Positions 25,722 through 37,699 of a stretch of DNA of 64,000 bases are shown here, piece after piece. Source of the stretch: Heteronotia binoei (Eukaryota); contig NC_083223.1 of NCBI RefSeq assembly GCF_032191835.1, positions 83,948,001 to 84,012,000 of the forward strand, written 5' to 3'. The notes beneath the pieces were generated by a model. The model had not been told where the DNA came from and ran no database searches. It saw nothing but the letters and a program-made list of their open reading frames with translations. Position numbers and translations under genes: made by a program. The number at the start of each line of letters is the position of its first letter. Position 1 is the first letter of the stretch.

Positions 25722-26450
25722 CTAAAGAAGACACGCGTCACATGCCGATTGCTTTAATTTTTTTTTTGTTTAAAAAAAAAAGCTGCCTCACGAAGCGAAG
25801 TCTTGCAGAGGTGATGGAGAAATACATATAAATGCAAAAATGGAGGGGGCGGGGAAGTGGAGGGGGGGAGAAACTGGAGAAGGAGGAGGCGGAGGAGAAA
25901 GCTGCAGCAACAAAAAAGGGGATGTGGGAAGAGAAGGGAGAGCCACGCAGGAATTGCACTCGGGGGCTGTGTGCACAAGGCGGCGGCAGCCCGGCGGCGG
26001 CGTATTGTTGCTGCTTCTGCTGACCCCGTTCTGTTGGTTACACTGACTCTGCCCGTGGCTCGCGCTCTTCCCAATGGAACGCCGCCTACTCCCCTCAATC
26101 GCTACATTGTTGACATTCGCAGGCTGACATCATCCTCCTCCTCCTCCCGCCGCCGCCACTACCGCTACCCCCTCCCCGCACACATACAGGCATACATCAA
26201 GCCCCGCCTTCCCCATTCACAATAACGTTGCGCAAATCGCGCAGCGTCCTCTCCTAAGGCAGCAGCGACGCGTACGTTGAAGAACCGGCGTACAGCCGCT
26301 CTGCGAATAGCAGCGCCTCCGTGGACGCTCACCCCGAAAAACTCTTTGCCGCATGCGTGCATCGTCTCGGCTTACCCCAGCTGCGGCGCTTCTCCTTCTC
26401 TCCCAACGGTTTTTTTTTCCTCTTCTGTTCGCGCGGGGTTGAAAGGGATA

Positions 26451-26464
26451 CTGGGAATTGTAGT
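26451..26464 (-). promoter_or_regulatory. ZNF143/THAP11(Ronin)-type promoter motif ACTACAATTCCCAG
   Basis: Plus strand reads CTGGGAATTGTAGT, an exact match to the established ACTACAnnTCCCA promoter element. Confidence 0.85.
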
Positions 26465-27084
26465 CCTTTCGCCCAAGTTGTGAGTATATAAGAATAACTT
26501 GCGGATAGAGTCAGGTGGTTAGCCGTGTTGGTCTGACGAAGCATACCGAACTTGGAGTCCAGTGACTCCCTTAAGACCGACGAAGTTTTATTCAAGGTAT
26601 AAACTTTCGTGTGCCCACGCACGTCTTCAGGTACAATGAAATTAAGTGGGAATTCATTTATGCAGCAGCGCAGCCTCGGAGGAAGACGAGAGTAGCAGCA
26701 GCCGCTCTGTGAAGCCAGAGGGTGAATGAGGTCATTCTTGGTAAAGAGGGGACTTACGATGCAGCTCCAGCCTTAGAGATATTCACACTTGCTGTGTTAT
26801 TAATAGCACCGACCACAACAAGACTTAAAGTAAGCAGGAAGAAAACATAATGAGGTGTGACCACTAATCAATGAAACAAATGCTTGTATAGAATAGTAAA
26901 ACGTAAACGTTATTAGAGAAAGCAAAACTTCAGTTGATTAAATATTTTATATAAAAAATATACACACAAGTTTTTCTTAGTATGTCTCCTTTTATATTAC
27001 CAATAACTGGATAACAAAACTGAGAAGTTCAAAGATTTTATGTTTCATTTTCTACCTTACTGAGCCCACCTGACTGGTCATTAT

Positions 27085-27407
27085 TTTGTTCAGTTGTTAC
27101 ATCAGTAACTCTGTCCAACCATCTCATCTTTTGCCGTCCTGTTTTTTTGCCTTGTCTTTCCCAGCATCAGGGTCTTCTCCAGTGGGTGCTCACTTCTCAT
27201 TTGATGGCCAAAGTGTTTGAGCTTCATCATCTGACCTTCCAGGGAACAACAATCAGGGTTGATTTCCTTGAGGCTGACTGATTTGATCTTCTTGCAGTCC
27301 AAGGGACTCTCAAGAGTCTTCTCCAGCACCACAACTCAAAAGCATCTATCCTTCTACACTTGGCCTTCCTTATGATCCAACTTTCACAGCCATACATCAC
27401 TACTGGG
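27085..27407 (-). mobile_element. Bov-B (RTE) LINE 3' fragment
   Basis: Degenerate translation ...LKEINPDCCSLEGQMMKLKHFGHQMRSEHPLEKTLMLGK matches the Bov-B ORF C-terminus motif (LEG-LKL-YFGH-LEKTLMLGK). Confidence 0.9.
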
Positions 27408-28303
27408 GGCCATTATTTACCTGCTTTTAAAATTGATTCATATGAATGCCTATCCATAACCTATAAGCAGGCCACATTTTGGGCGGGAGTTCACAGGAGC
27501 GGAGCTCCAGAACGTCTACATTTTATTGTGCATTTTCCTTTCTCACCGCCCCCCCCCCCTCCTCCATACTGTCTTCTGGGCTCCATTGTTTAAACCACTT
27601 GTGAGAATTTTGCTGAAAGATTTGACAAACTTTCTAATATCCCCCCCCCCACACAAAAAAAGGAAAATAACCAAAACATAAAAAGCAGACAGATGGAAAT
27701 CTTCATCATGCCACTGTGGCCACATAGGAGAAACTAATTTTAAAAGTGTGATGGGAGTAAGGTTTTATTAAGACAATTATAATTCAGGAAGCATGTTAAG
27801 GTAGATGCTGAGCTGATATAATTCAGTACACCTTCTGGTGATGTCAGGGGTGGGGAATATGCAAATGAGTTTGCTAATGAGTTCCGGCACCTCTTTTTCT
27901 ACAAAATTATTCCTGCCTGTAAGTAAAAATATGCCTGTATTATCCTTGCAATCTTTGCTTGCCAAACTGCATGTGGGGCCTGAAGTTTTCCAAGAGTGCA
28001 ACTGATCTCCAGTCTTCAGAGATCTGACTGTTGCTCTGGTCTCTGGAGGAAATGGCAGCTTCAGGGAGTGGAATCTGTGAAATCATACCTTCACTGAGCT
28101 TCGTTCTGTTTCCAGGCAGTAATTTCTCAAGTCAGACTTGGCAGCCCTACATCATAACTGTGTAATAAAGGGTACTACGAACTCTCTTCCAACAGCCCTA
28201 GGCTTCACACTATCAAGAACTGTTGGGCACTGGTGTTATAAGTGGTTCAGCACATATTCTTTTGTTAGCATCACCTAAATGTAATTAAGAAACATGCTTT
28301 TGG

Positions 28304-28393
28304 GCCTTGATCTGGATAGCCACGGCAAACCCAATCTCCTCAGATCTTGGAAGATAAGCATGGTTGACTCTGGCAAGTACTTGGATGGAAGAT
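28304..28393 (+). mobile_element. 5S rRNA-derived SINE head
   Basis: aaacccaatctcctcagatcttggaagataagcatggttgactctggcaagtacttggatggaagat is a diverged 5S sequence. Confidence 0.75.
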
Positions 28394-29508
28394 GGGTTTA
28401 GCCAGGATTTTTCAGTTCAGGGGGCTTTTAAAAATGTGGAGGGAACTTGAATTTTTTAAAAGCCCCAGACCTAAAAAAAAATCCTCGCTTCGCCTAAGAA
28501 GCCAGTTGCAAGAAAACCTGCTGCCTCTTGGTCTCCTGTTCTGCTCAGTGGGAGGAGGGGGAGAGGTGGGCAGGCAGACTACGTTTCTGTGCTTTAACAG
28601 CTAATTATAAAGCTGGCTGCAAGAAGCAGGGAGGGAGACCTACTGTCTCTCACCTTTAGGTCCTACTCATGCCAAGTGAGATGGAGGAGAGAGATGGGAC
28701 CAGCAGGCTGAGCCTCTGTGCTTTCACAGCTGGCTTTAAAATCAGCTGAGAGAAGCAGGGAGACCTGCCGTGGCTGCCTTTTGTTCTCCCTGAGTTGGGG
28801 GCCTTGAGTTCAGGGGCCTATGTCAGAAGTTGGGGGCAGGGCCCCCTTGTGGCTATGGGCCTGATGGGAGACCTTGAAATATCAGAGGCAGGAGGCGGGG
28901 ACGGGCTTTATTCAGCCACCTCTCTGAATATCCTCCATGCCCACAATAGGGGTCAGTCACCAAAAGTCAAGACTTCCAGATGCACACATACATGTAAATA
29001 ACAACAACAAAACCGCACAAAGCTTTTGAGTTACTTAGAATTCTTTGTCATGATGGACACTGAGTAAAAAAAAAGGTCTGAAATATCTTGCAATGTATGA
29101 TGTAAAAGTACAATCTCTGGATGGATCACAGAAACTTATGAAGACTTGATTAATTTAAGGCATTCAGGGTGCAAAACAAACAATAAAGAAGCCCATTGGC
29201 CAGGAGGCCAGTCATTAAAGGAGCTTGAGACGCATTGGTGAAAACCCAGACAAGTCCTGTCCTTCTTTATAAGGCCTTCCTGGAGACAGACAAAGAGGAA
29301 AGAGACTAGGCTTTATCATCAGTGGTAGAGGGCAGATAGGGAGGGAGCCAGGGTGAAGGATTGCGTTGTAAAGTCATATTGAATTCAGTGTATGTCTTAT
29401 TTATTTTTAAAATGTTATATCTATGTTGGCCAACTGTGGTCTCATCAAAGCAGCTTGCAAATAACAAGACTTACGCAGAAATGTGTTTGCCATTAAGTCA
29501 CAATTGGC

Positions 29509-29711
29509 TTATGGTGATCTTGTGATCAGGGCAAGAGCAATTCAGAGACGGTGATCAGGGCAAGAGTCATTCAGAGATGATTTGCCGTTGGTTGCCTCTG
29601 CATCATCCCCCTGGTGTTCCTTGGTGGTGCTGGTCTCCCATCCAAATACTAACCAGGGCATAGCTTCCAAGATCCGATGAGATTAGGCTAGCCTGGGCTG
29701 TCTAGGTCAGG
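29509..29711 (-). mobile_element. 5S rRNA-derived SINE with Bov-B-like tail
   Basis: Reverse 5S segment gtctcccatccaaatactaaccaggg...tagcttccaagatc; internal 29-bp tandem duplication at 29522-29579. Related copy at 52315-52424. Confidence 0.75.
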
Positions 29712-29729
29712 ATACAATACAGACATAAA

Positions 29730-30365
29730 AATTAACCCATACGACCTTTCAACTCTGGGGGAATAAATGACAAACTCAACAAAATGAAAGGGTACCTGAA
29801 TAAGACTTCACCTGGTGCTGATAGTTTAAGAAGCTTGTTGCCAGAGAATAGGTGCAGGGAGGGCACTGCATAATCAGTGTTCTGCCATTGTTAATGCTCC
29901 TCTCACTTTTGTTGAGAGAGAGTGAGCGCACAGGATTTCTTACAAAAGATCTGACTTGCCATTCAGGTATGTATGGGAATCGGCAGTCCCTTGATCCACA
30001 AGCCACAGAAGGCTTTAAAGGTAATCAGCAGCACTTTAAATTGAGCTTGGAAATGATCAGGCAGCCAGCACAGTTGTCATAAGACTGGCATAATATGATC
30101 TCTATAATTAACGTCAGTCTGCAATCTGGCTGCTGCATTTTGCACTAATTGAAGCTTCTGGACCATTTTCAAAGGCAGCCCCACATTTTCAAAGCAACAT
30201 TATAGTAATCTAACCTAGATATGATCAGAGCACTGATATCCATTGCTTTTAAATGAAAGAGTCACAGTAGGTATAACTGCTAAAGCTGGAGAAAGGTGCA
30301 ATGTGCCACAGAGGAAATCTTTTCTTCCATCTGCAAATCTGGATCTAAAGCAGTAGCCAAATGTG
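29730..30365 (-). mobile_element. L2 LINE 3' region remnant
   Basis: gctgctgcattttgcactaattgaagcttctggaccattttcaaaggcagcccca and gctttaaaggtaatcagcagcactttaaattg resemble recalled squamate L2 sequence, reversed. Confidence 0.75.
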
Positions 30366-30389
30366 AATGTGGTCCTTTGGGGCTTCAGA

Positions 30390-32085
30390 ATCTTAACTGT
30401 ACTATTGGTTTTAGAAAAGGAGCAAGTACCATCGACCATTGCTACACACTCCAGTTCTTGGTTGACAAATACACAAGTTCTGGAGAAGGCATGTTGGAAA
30501 CTGCCTTCATGGACCTAAAATCAGTGTTTGATACTATCTCTAGACCCCCAGCTATGAGAAAAGCTGAAGAAATATGGCATTGCCCCACGTCTTCTTTGCT
30601 TAATTCAAGAAATTTACAACCACCCTTCTTCCTGGGTTAGATGTGGGAAGTTAGGACAGCTACTGGAGCCATTTACCCTAAACAAAGGAGTCAAGCAGGG
30701 ATGTTTACTTGCGCTCCTGTTGTTCAATTTATATATAAATAACCTCAGATCCTGTCTCTTAAAGGAAGCATGTCATCTTCCACATTTATCCAAGCACAAC
30801 GTTCCAGGCCTTCTGTATGCTGATGATGCAGTGATAGCGTCTAGAATCAATAGTGGGCTTCCACAAGCTGATAATTTTTTTGAGTTTGACTTATCATGAG
30901 GGCTTGTCTGTCAATGTGGCAAAATCCAAGGTCATCACAGTATTCACCAAAAGTAAAAGGGGGGGAATCTTCAAATGGGACATAGCTGGCCAACCTATGG
31001 AACAGGTCAATCACTTTATTTTATTTAGTAGGCTTATATTCTGCCTTTTCCTGTAAATAGGCTCAAGGCGGATCACAACATATAAAAATAACAATAAAAA
31101 CCTACATATCAAAGTTAAAACACCAAATTAAAATTAACAGTAAAAACAATAAATAAAATGCATCACCAGCGGACAGGGCACAGCATATCAATAACCAGCT
31201 GTAGGCCCACCTTAAATGATGGTAATAACAATAGGATAGCACTGTAATAAAGCATGATGTCACCAGAAGGGAGGCCAAATGATGGAATAATAGGACGCCT
31301 GCTGCCTCAACCATAGGCCTGGTGGAACAGCTCCTTCTTGCAGGCCCTTCCTGGGAATCCACTCTTACATGGAAGCATCATGCCTGGGAAGCATCTCTTA
31401 CATGGAAAATACTCTTGGATTTAGCAAGGAATACAGCCTTAAGAGTAGGGAGGATAATTGTGAAATACTCATCAGAAGTAAATTTGTCCTCTCGGCCTTT
31501 AAGGTATTTAATGCTAAGGTTCTAAACCAATTCCTATACAGCACAGAATTGTGGGTTCTGGCCACATCTGAAAAAAATGGATCCAGTATGACTTTGTCTG
31601 ACATTTATTGACTACTCCCAGATGTGTCTCAGACATAGCACTGAGAGTGGAACTAGGCGAATTATCGATGGAAGCCAGGGTTTGGATCAAAACATTTCTC
31701 TTCAAAGTAAAGGTTCTAAAATCTGAGAGAAGATCTACACTACTTGGACTTATCCAGGCAGATAAACATTATAGCCAATGGACCAACTGCTGGAAAAGAA
31801 AATGAAATGCCTAGGAATAACAAATGTTATGATTAAGAATAGAGAAACTAAAGACATTATAAGACAAATTAAAAAGTGTGTAAGGAAGCTGGATGTTACA
31901 AGTATGTCTGTTAGCGCATGCAAGGTATGTTCATCGCTTCATTTGGGAATTGCCCTCCCGATGCGACTGCCAAAATATTTTTATCAACTGACAATCCCAA
32001 ATCTAAGATGAGCTTTTACTTTTGCAAGAATGAATGCTCTTCCCTTGGCGGTTTTGGAGGGCTGATATAATAGGGTATCATACTC
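30390..32085 (+). mobile_element. Decayed non-LTR retrotransposon reverse transcriptase (clade uncertain, RTE-X-like), interrupted by an L2 fragment
   Basis: Frameshifted motifs GFRKGASTIDH, FMDLKSVFDTISR, GVKQGCLL, LYADD, LYSTELW and LRVELG. Confidence 0.85.
31010..31370 (-). mobile_element. L2 LINE 3' tail nested in the RT remnant
   Basis: (ttta)n tail followed by ggctcaaggcggatcaca; the host RT reading stops after QVNHF and resumes near 31380. Confidence 0.7.
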
Positions 32086-32107
32086 TAATGAAACATGTTC
32101 ATATGAT

Positions 32108-32381
32108 AAAGAAGAAGACTGCAGATTTATACCCTGCCCTTCTCTCTGAATCCCAGACTCAGAGCGGCTTACAATCTCCTATGTCTTCTCCCCCCCACAA
32201 CAGACACCCTGTGAGGTAGGTGGGGCTGAAAGGGCTCTCACAGCAGCTGCCCTTTCAAGGACAACTCTTGTGATAGTTATGGCTAACCTAAGGCCTTTCA
32301 AGCAGCTACAAGTGGAGGAGTGGGGACTCAAACCCGGTTCTCCCAGATAAGAGTCTGCATACTTAACCTCTACACCAAACT
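32108..32381 (-). mobile_element. tRNA-derived squamate SINE (Squam3-like)
   Basis: Near full-length copy with (GAA)n tail; highly similar to 35957-36236 and 36388-36664. Confidence 0.9.
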
Positions 32382-33016
32382 ATTGAACATATAATTATGA
32401 AGTGCCCTATATTTAACAAGTTGAGGGCTAATTTAGCCACCCCTTTACTTAAAAATATGGAATTGCTAAATTGCAAGTCCAGATGTCATGGCTACTATTG
32501 GATACAGATGATCGTGTCACCATCTCAGTGGTAAAATTCATATGCGCAATAATCAAATATAAGAGAAATAATACTGGGGTAAGGTCTTTTAAAATAATTT
32601 TTGTTTCTAACTTCTGCTTAAGGCAATAGCCATATGAGCAGTACTAGACAGATAGAACTGTACTATTGAAATAAATGGAACCTACAATTATTGACTTGTT
32701 TAGGACTAAATTTCTATGGCCAACTCATTCCTAAACTTAATTGTGTGCAAAGAATTGTGAAATCTTGCCATGCTCTGATAATTGTGGAAAAGCTGTTTAA
32801 AGCTCCTATCGAAACGAAGGAAGATAAAAGTATTACCTTGTTGCTGTGTTTGCTGTGCTTTAAAAAAATTACATATAAGAAGATTTTGATATTGTGGACT
32901 GAGTATCATTGTTTGGTTTCCTCAGGAGTTGGACTGGGGATTCCATTGAAGTGGAAGGGCTTTTTGAAATATCCCAGGACTGGATTTCCAATTTATCTTG
33001 TTCTGTCCTTCTAATG

Positions 33017-33609
33017 CAGGGGTGTCAAACTCATTTGTTATGAGGGTCGAAACTGACATAAAAGAGACCTTGTTGGGCCAGGCCACGTCTGGTTGGGCCG
33101 AGCCATGTCAGGCCAGGCCATGTGTGTACCTATTTAAGATTAGGTTGCAGAGATATAAATTCTATAAAGAACACAGACAAACACAATTTTTTTTAAAATT
33201 AAAACATGCTTAAAATATTAACACTCATTGGTCTTAAAGGTACTTTCTTTGTATTTCTCCCATGGGATCCAGGGAACGGGGCAAAGGAAACTCTGGCTCT
33301 TTCCTTCCTTCCCCAGGGACTTGGGCAGGGGGGAAGAGCCTCAGTCAATAGAAGGAAGAGAGGCTTGGTTCAGTAACTCTGCTGTGCAATTGAGAGAGCC
33401 TGGCAAAGCAAGCTATTCCTTCCCAAGGGAGGAGCCTCAGCCAATGGAGAAAATACAGGTTTTGTTATGTAGCTCCTGTGCAATTGAGCAAGTCTTGCAA
33501 AGCAAGCTGTTATGTAGAAGGAAGTAGATGACAGCCAGTTGCTCAGAGGCCTGATAGGAGCACCCCAGGGGCCTGATTCGGCCCCTGAACTGCATGTTTG
33601 ACACCCCTG
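33017..33609. mobile_element. hAT MITE, 593 bp
   Basis: TIR CAGGGGTGTCAAAC; perfect 8-bp TSD TTCTAATG. Confidence 0.92.
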
Positions 33610-33981
33610 TTCTAATGCACTAAGATTGGGGTGTTTGCTTGTCAGGGTATGAAATTTGTACTATTTTGTATGGGAGTGTGTATTAAGAATTTGTAAAAAA
33701 TTTTACTGTTTATTGTTTTATTGGTGAGGCTGGTCAGCATGGAACCTTTTGCGTTTTTTTTTCCTGTCACTCTCTGCCGTGTTTCTCTGTTTGATTTGCA
33801 CACCCTCCTCCTTGGGGCAGCTGGGCGTTTACAACTTTTTTTTAATGGCACTAAAATATTGTTATACCCATATAATATTGTGAATTCTCAGTTTTCTTCC
33901 CCCCCTCTTTTAAGAGTAAGTCTATCCCTTTCCATTGGGAGATATGCCTTTCCCTTTATATGTCCTCAAAGGAAAGAGATA

Positions 33982-34249
33982 GGGACTGATTTCACACTCA
34001 CCTTACACCACTCTCACATTCGTCTTCTCAGCATGGCTTCCTTCCAATTTCCCAATGTCTGCCCCAGGGCTGCAGCAAGTGTCGGCATTTTTGCGCAGCA
34101 AACAGAAACCGCTAAAAACCAGTTTCTTTTTGCTGTGCAAAAATGCCGATGCTTGCTGCAGCCCCAGGGCAGATTGTGGGAAATCAGAAAGAAGCCACGC
34201 TGAGAAGACGACCATGAGAGAGCAGTGTATGGTGAGTGCGAAATCGGCC
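33982..34249. mobile_element. Palindromic MITE (possibly PIF/Harbinger-derived)
   Basis: Imperfect inverted repeat with arms of ~120 bp centred near 34115. It accounts for the long ORFs the track shows here. Confidence 0.75.
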
Positions 34250-35956
34250 AGAGACTTGCTTTTTTAAAAAGACTGGGGATTTAGAGGACACGTTACACCT
34301 AGCATTATAACATGATGTCAATATAATGATATTCTAGTGCCATTTCTAAAATTAAAAAAGCCTCCAAGTGGTGGTAAGAGGAAACATCCATTACTTCCAA
34401 GGTTTACTATGATATTTCCCAAAACTTCATAGCAAAGCAGGTTTGAGGAGGGTTGGATAAAAGCCAGAGAAACCCCAGGAGTTGAACAAATTCACCTTGA
34501 TGCTGTAGAGAATTTTTTAAAAAACCCAGCTGCTTGCTTTCCAACAGCATTGTACCCTGGGCAGATAACCCATGTGGAAACAGCCATAGTAGGGGAGTTT
34601 GTTATTCAAAAACCTTTGAAATCAATAGCTGAATTCAGTGGACTTTTCTGCTAAGCATGTCATTTTGGAAGAATTATAAGGAGGGGATTTTCTTAATTGC
34701 AAAGAGTTGGCTTCAACAAGCCAGTGAACAAAATTTTCTTCTTCTCAGTTGATGAGATGTGGATGTAACCTTTCTTAAAGGATATTTGCATGCATCTCAA
34801 GATGGAACAATACTGTTATGGTTATACTATGCCAAAACTTAACATGCAACAAGGCACATTAGTTCCGTTTTAGGACTCCAGAGGCAACAGTACAAGGTGT
34901 TTCTGCAGAAAATTTTGAAGGAGCTAACATCAATCAAATCTCAGTTCTGAAGTTTTTCCCAGAAAACTGTAAAAAGTTTAACATTGCTAATGAATACTTC
35001 GGATTTAATTTGAGACAGAGTACCCCAGGTAGCTCATTCCGTGGATTAGCCAAGAGGATTGATGAATTGAATCTATCTTCTTCAGTACTAAATAATCATA
35101 GATCTGCCCCCCTTCCTGCAGGGAATTAAGCTCCTGCAGGGCATTCTATGTTTAAAAATGTCTCCATTCAGATTTTCATTCAGCACCATCTTTATCTGCT
35201 TTGTTCTTCCTACCCTTTGACAGAACAGACAATTTGCTGAGGCTATTGTTTCATTAGTGTGAGGAGGAAAGTTTTGGTTTGGTTTTTTTTTTTTTAATGA
35301 GTCATGCTATGTGTAGCAGATGGTATTTAAAATGAAGCTATAAAGATATGAAAATACAAATAAGGTTGAGATAAAAGATTGCCGGTAATGAGACTGATGG
35401 GAGTGAAAGCCAATAGAAATGGAGTAGGTCAGATGAAAGTAGCAGCCCAGCCAGCATATCACAGGACTTGCGCTGAGAAGATCTGTGAAAGAAGTAATGT
35501 AATGAACATGGGTAGATGGGAAGCAGAGAATGACCAATCGAGAAATCATAGTTGTTGGGGAAGCAGAGAGGCTATGAGGGAAGCAGTGTACTAAAATCAA
35601 AGTTCTAATCTAGACATATTAATTTATGGTTTGCATAGTTAAAATATAGTTGAGGGACAGAAGTTGTTTGCAAGTCAAGAAATGGCATAATAATTTCAAA
35701 GAGTAATGACAACCACATTAAAGGGATAACCAGATAAGTAATCATAGAAAAATGCCCAGTGACTATTCTTGAGATGTAGGATATGTCACATGTACAAGTA
35801 TCAATTGATCTTGACTGCAATTAATTTTTTGTGCAGTGACCTCTTCTTTGGGTGATGATTATGTCACACCAGAAGCCATGGGGGGTTGTGGGAGGTCAGG
35901 GGATCAAATAGGCTTTTGTCCACTCTGTGGGGTCCATAAAGCAAACTATACGTGTC

Positions 35957-36236
35957 ATGATGATGATGAAGAAGAATTGCAGATTTATACTCCGCCCTTC
36001 TCTCTGAATCAGAGACTCAGAGCGGCTTACAATCTCCCATATCTTCTCCCCTCACAACAGACACCCTGTGAGGTGGGTGGGGCTGAGTGGGCTCTCACAG
36101 CAGCTGCTCTTTCAAGGACAACCTCTGCCAGAGCTATGGCTAATCCAAGGTCATTCCAGCAGGTGTAAGTGGAGTTGGGAATCAAACCCAGTTCTCCCAG
36201 ATAAGAGTCCACACACTTAACCACTACACCAAACTG
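35957..36236 (-). mobile_element. tRNA-derived squamate SINE (Squam3-like)
   Basis: Full-length copy of the same family as 32108. Confidence 0.9.
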
Positions 36237-36387
36237 ATGTGCTGTGTTTGCTTCCCACAACCATAAATTATGCAATCAAGTTTCCCACATTTGTGGAAAT
36301 CACAGCGTCAACATACCTTGAGTTCAATTAATGAGCCTCACCCTGGGAAAACCACCTTTGTGATCATAGTGTCTCTCCTGCCAGGTA

Positions 36388-36664
36388 GATGAAGAAGATG
36401 ATATTGGATTTATATCCCGCCCTCCACTCCGAAGAGTCTCAGAGCGGCTCACAATCTCCTTTACCTTCCTCCCCCACAACAGACACCCTGTGAGGTGGGT
36501 GGGGCTGGAGAGGGCTCTCACAGCAGCTGCCCTTTCAAGGACAACCTCTGCCAGAGCTATGACTGACCCAAGGCCATGCTAGCAGGTGCAAGTGGAGGAG
36601 TGGGGAATCCAGTTCTCCCAGATTAGAGTCCGCACACTTAACCACTACACCAAACTGGCTCTCC
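36388..36664 (-). mobile_element. tRNA-derived squamate SINE (Squam3-like, different subfamily)
   Basis: Full-length copy with a distinct tail (gatattggatttatatcccgccctccactccgaagagtctc). Confidence 0.9.
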
Positions 36665-37089
36665 GAGTATGTGTTTGCTTCCCATCAAGAGGTGCCATTC
36701 ATAGGGAAGAGCAACACCATGCCTTGTGCCTAATATTGAGGCCACTGGTATCAGGGGCAGAGGCCAGACTTCATTCCTCCTTGACCTGTATTCTTACCTG
36801 TTTTTACTTTCATTCAAAGAAATGACTGGCTCCTCGACTTTTACATGAGAAAGTAAATCAGTCAGCCATAAAAGCTTTTCCAGGCACTGTAGTTTTCCTG
36901 TGGCAATTGCACAACCATGATTGAACTGGCCAAATGATATTGCCATGGAAACATTTTTATTGTGAAGGAATTTTTGTTTACTGGTGTTCAAGCCACTAAT
37001 ATATGTTGCTGAAAAAACAGTGCAAATTGTGAAGAGCTCCAAGAGGATCTTTCCAAACCAGATGAGCAAGCAACACCCAGGCAAATGAG

Positions 37090-37435
37090 GTTCAGTGTTA
37101 AGTAAGTGTCAAGTGATACACATTGGGGCAAAAAATTATGAACTTTATGTATATAACTATGGGGCCTGAACTGATGGTGACTGATAAAGAGAAGGATCTC
37201 GGGGTTATGATTAAAATAATTGTGTGCATTAAAATGATCAGTGTGCAGCAGTGGTAAAAATAGCCAGATGCTACACTGGAGGGTTATCAGGAAAGGGACT
37301 GAAAATAAAATGATTACAATGATAACACCATTGCAGCAATGTTTGCGATGCTGCCTATTTCATTTTTTAAAAAGGATACTATAGAGCTGTATAAGGTGCA
37401 GAGGACAACCTAAAAGTGATCACAGGGTTGAAATC
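37090..37435 (+). mobile_element. CR1 LINE ORF2 remnant
   Basis: ttcagtgttaagtaagtgtcaagtgatacacattggggc and gagaaggatctcggggtt correspond to CR1 ORF2 motifs (KCKVMHIG, EKDLGV). Confidence 0.75.
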
Positions 37436-37699
37436 TTACATTCTAATAGCGGTTAGTTAATCTTTGTATACTTAAATCTGGTGACTGGAGCTGTGAACAG
37501 AAAAAAACAAATCTTTCTACAAACCTGAAAAAAGGCCCCAGGTTTGCAGAAAAATGTGAAATCTAGAAAAAATACATTGGCTTTAAAAACCTGAAAATGA
37601 TAAACAAAGTGCTTGTAGCTTTAAGCATTGAATTCCCTCTGGCTTTTGCTAGCAACACAATATTCCAGGCTGGGTTTATGTGAAGAAAAGGGCAGGGGG

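Larger units (their letters stand above)
2561..26240 (-). other. 5' region (first exons and long leader intron with cassette exons) of a minus-strand Pol II gene that continues past the left edge
   Basis: CpG island at the right end. Many AG...GT-bounded segments with pyrimidine tracts lie on the minus strand. No recognisable coding exon. KMT2E/SETD5-like architecture is inference only. Confidence 0.65.
24920..26720. promoter_or_regulatory. CpG island / probable bidirectional housekeeping promoter
   Basis: Sharp rise in GC and CpG. GGGCGG boxes; CCAAT at 26071; YY1-like AAAATGG near 25837; NRF1-like CCGCATGCGT at 26349; C/EBP-type TTGCGCAA at 26228. Confidence 0.9.

Noticed and set aside
28304-28393. 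5S rRNA gene
   Set aside because: Diverged, truncated and dispersed (also 29630-29711 and 52315-52424), with SINE-type flanks or tails. This is a SINE head, not an rRNA gene.
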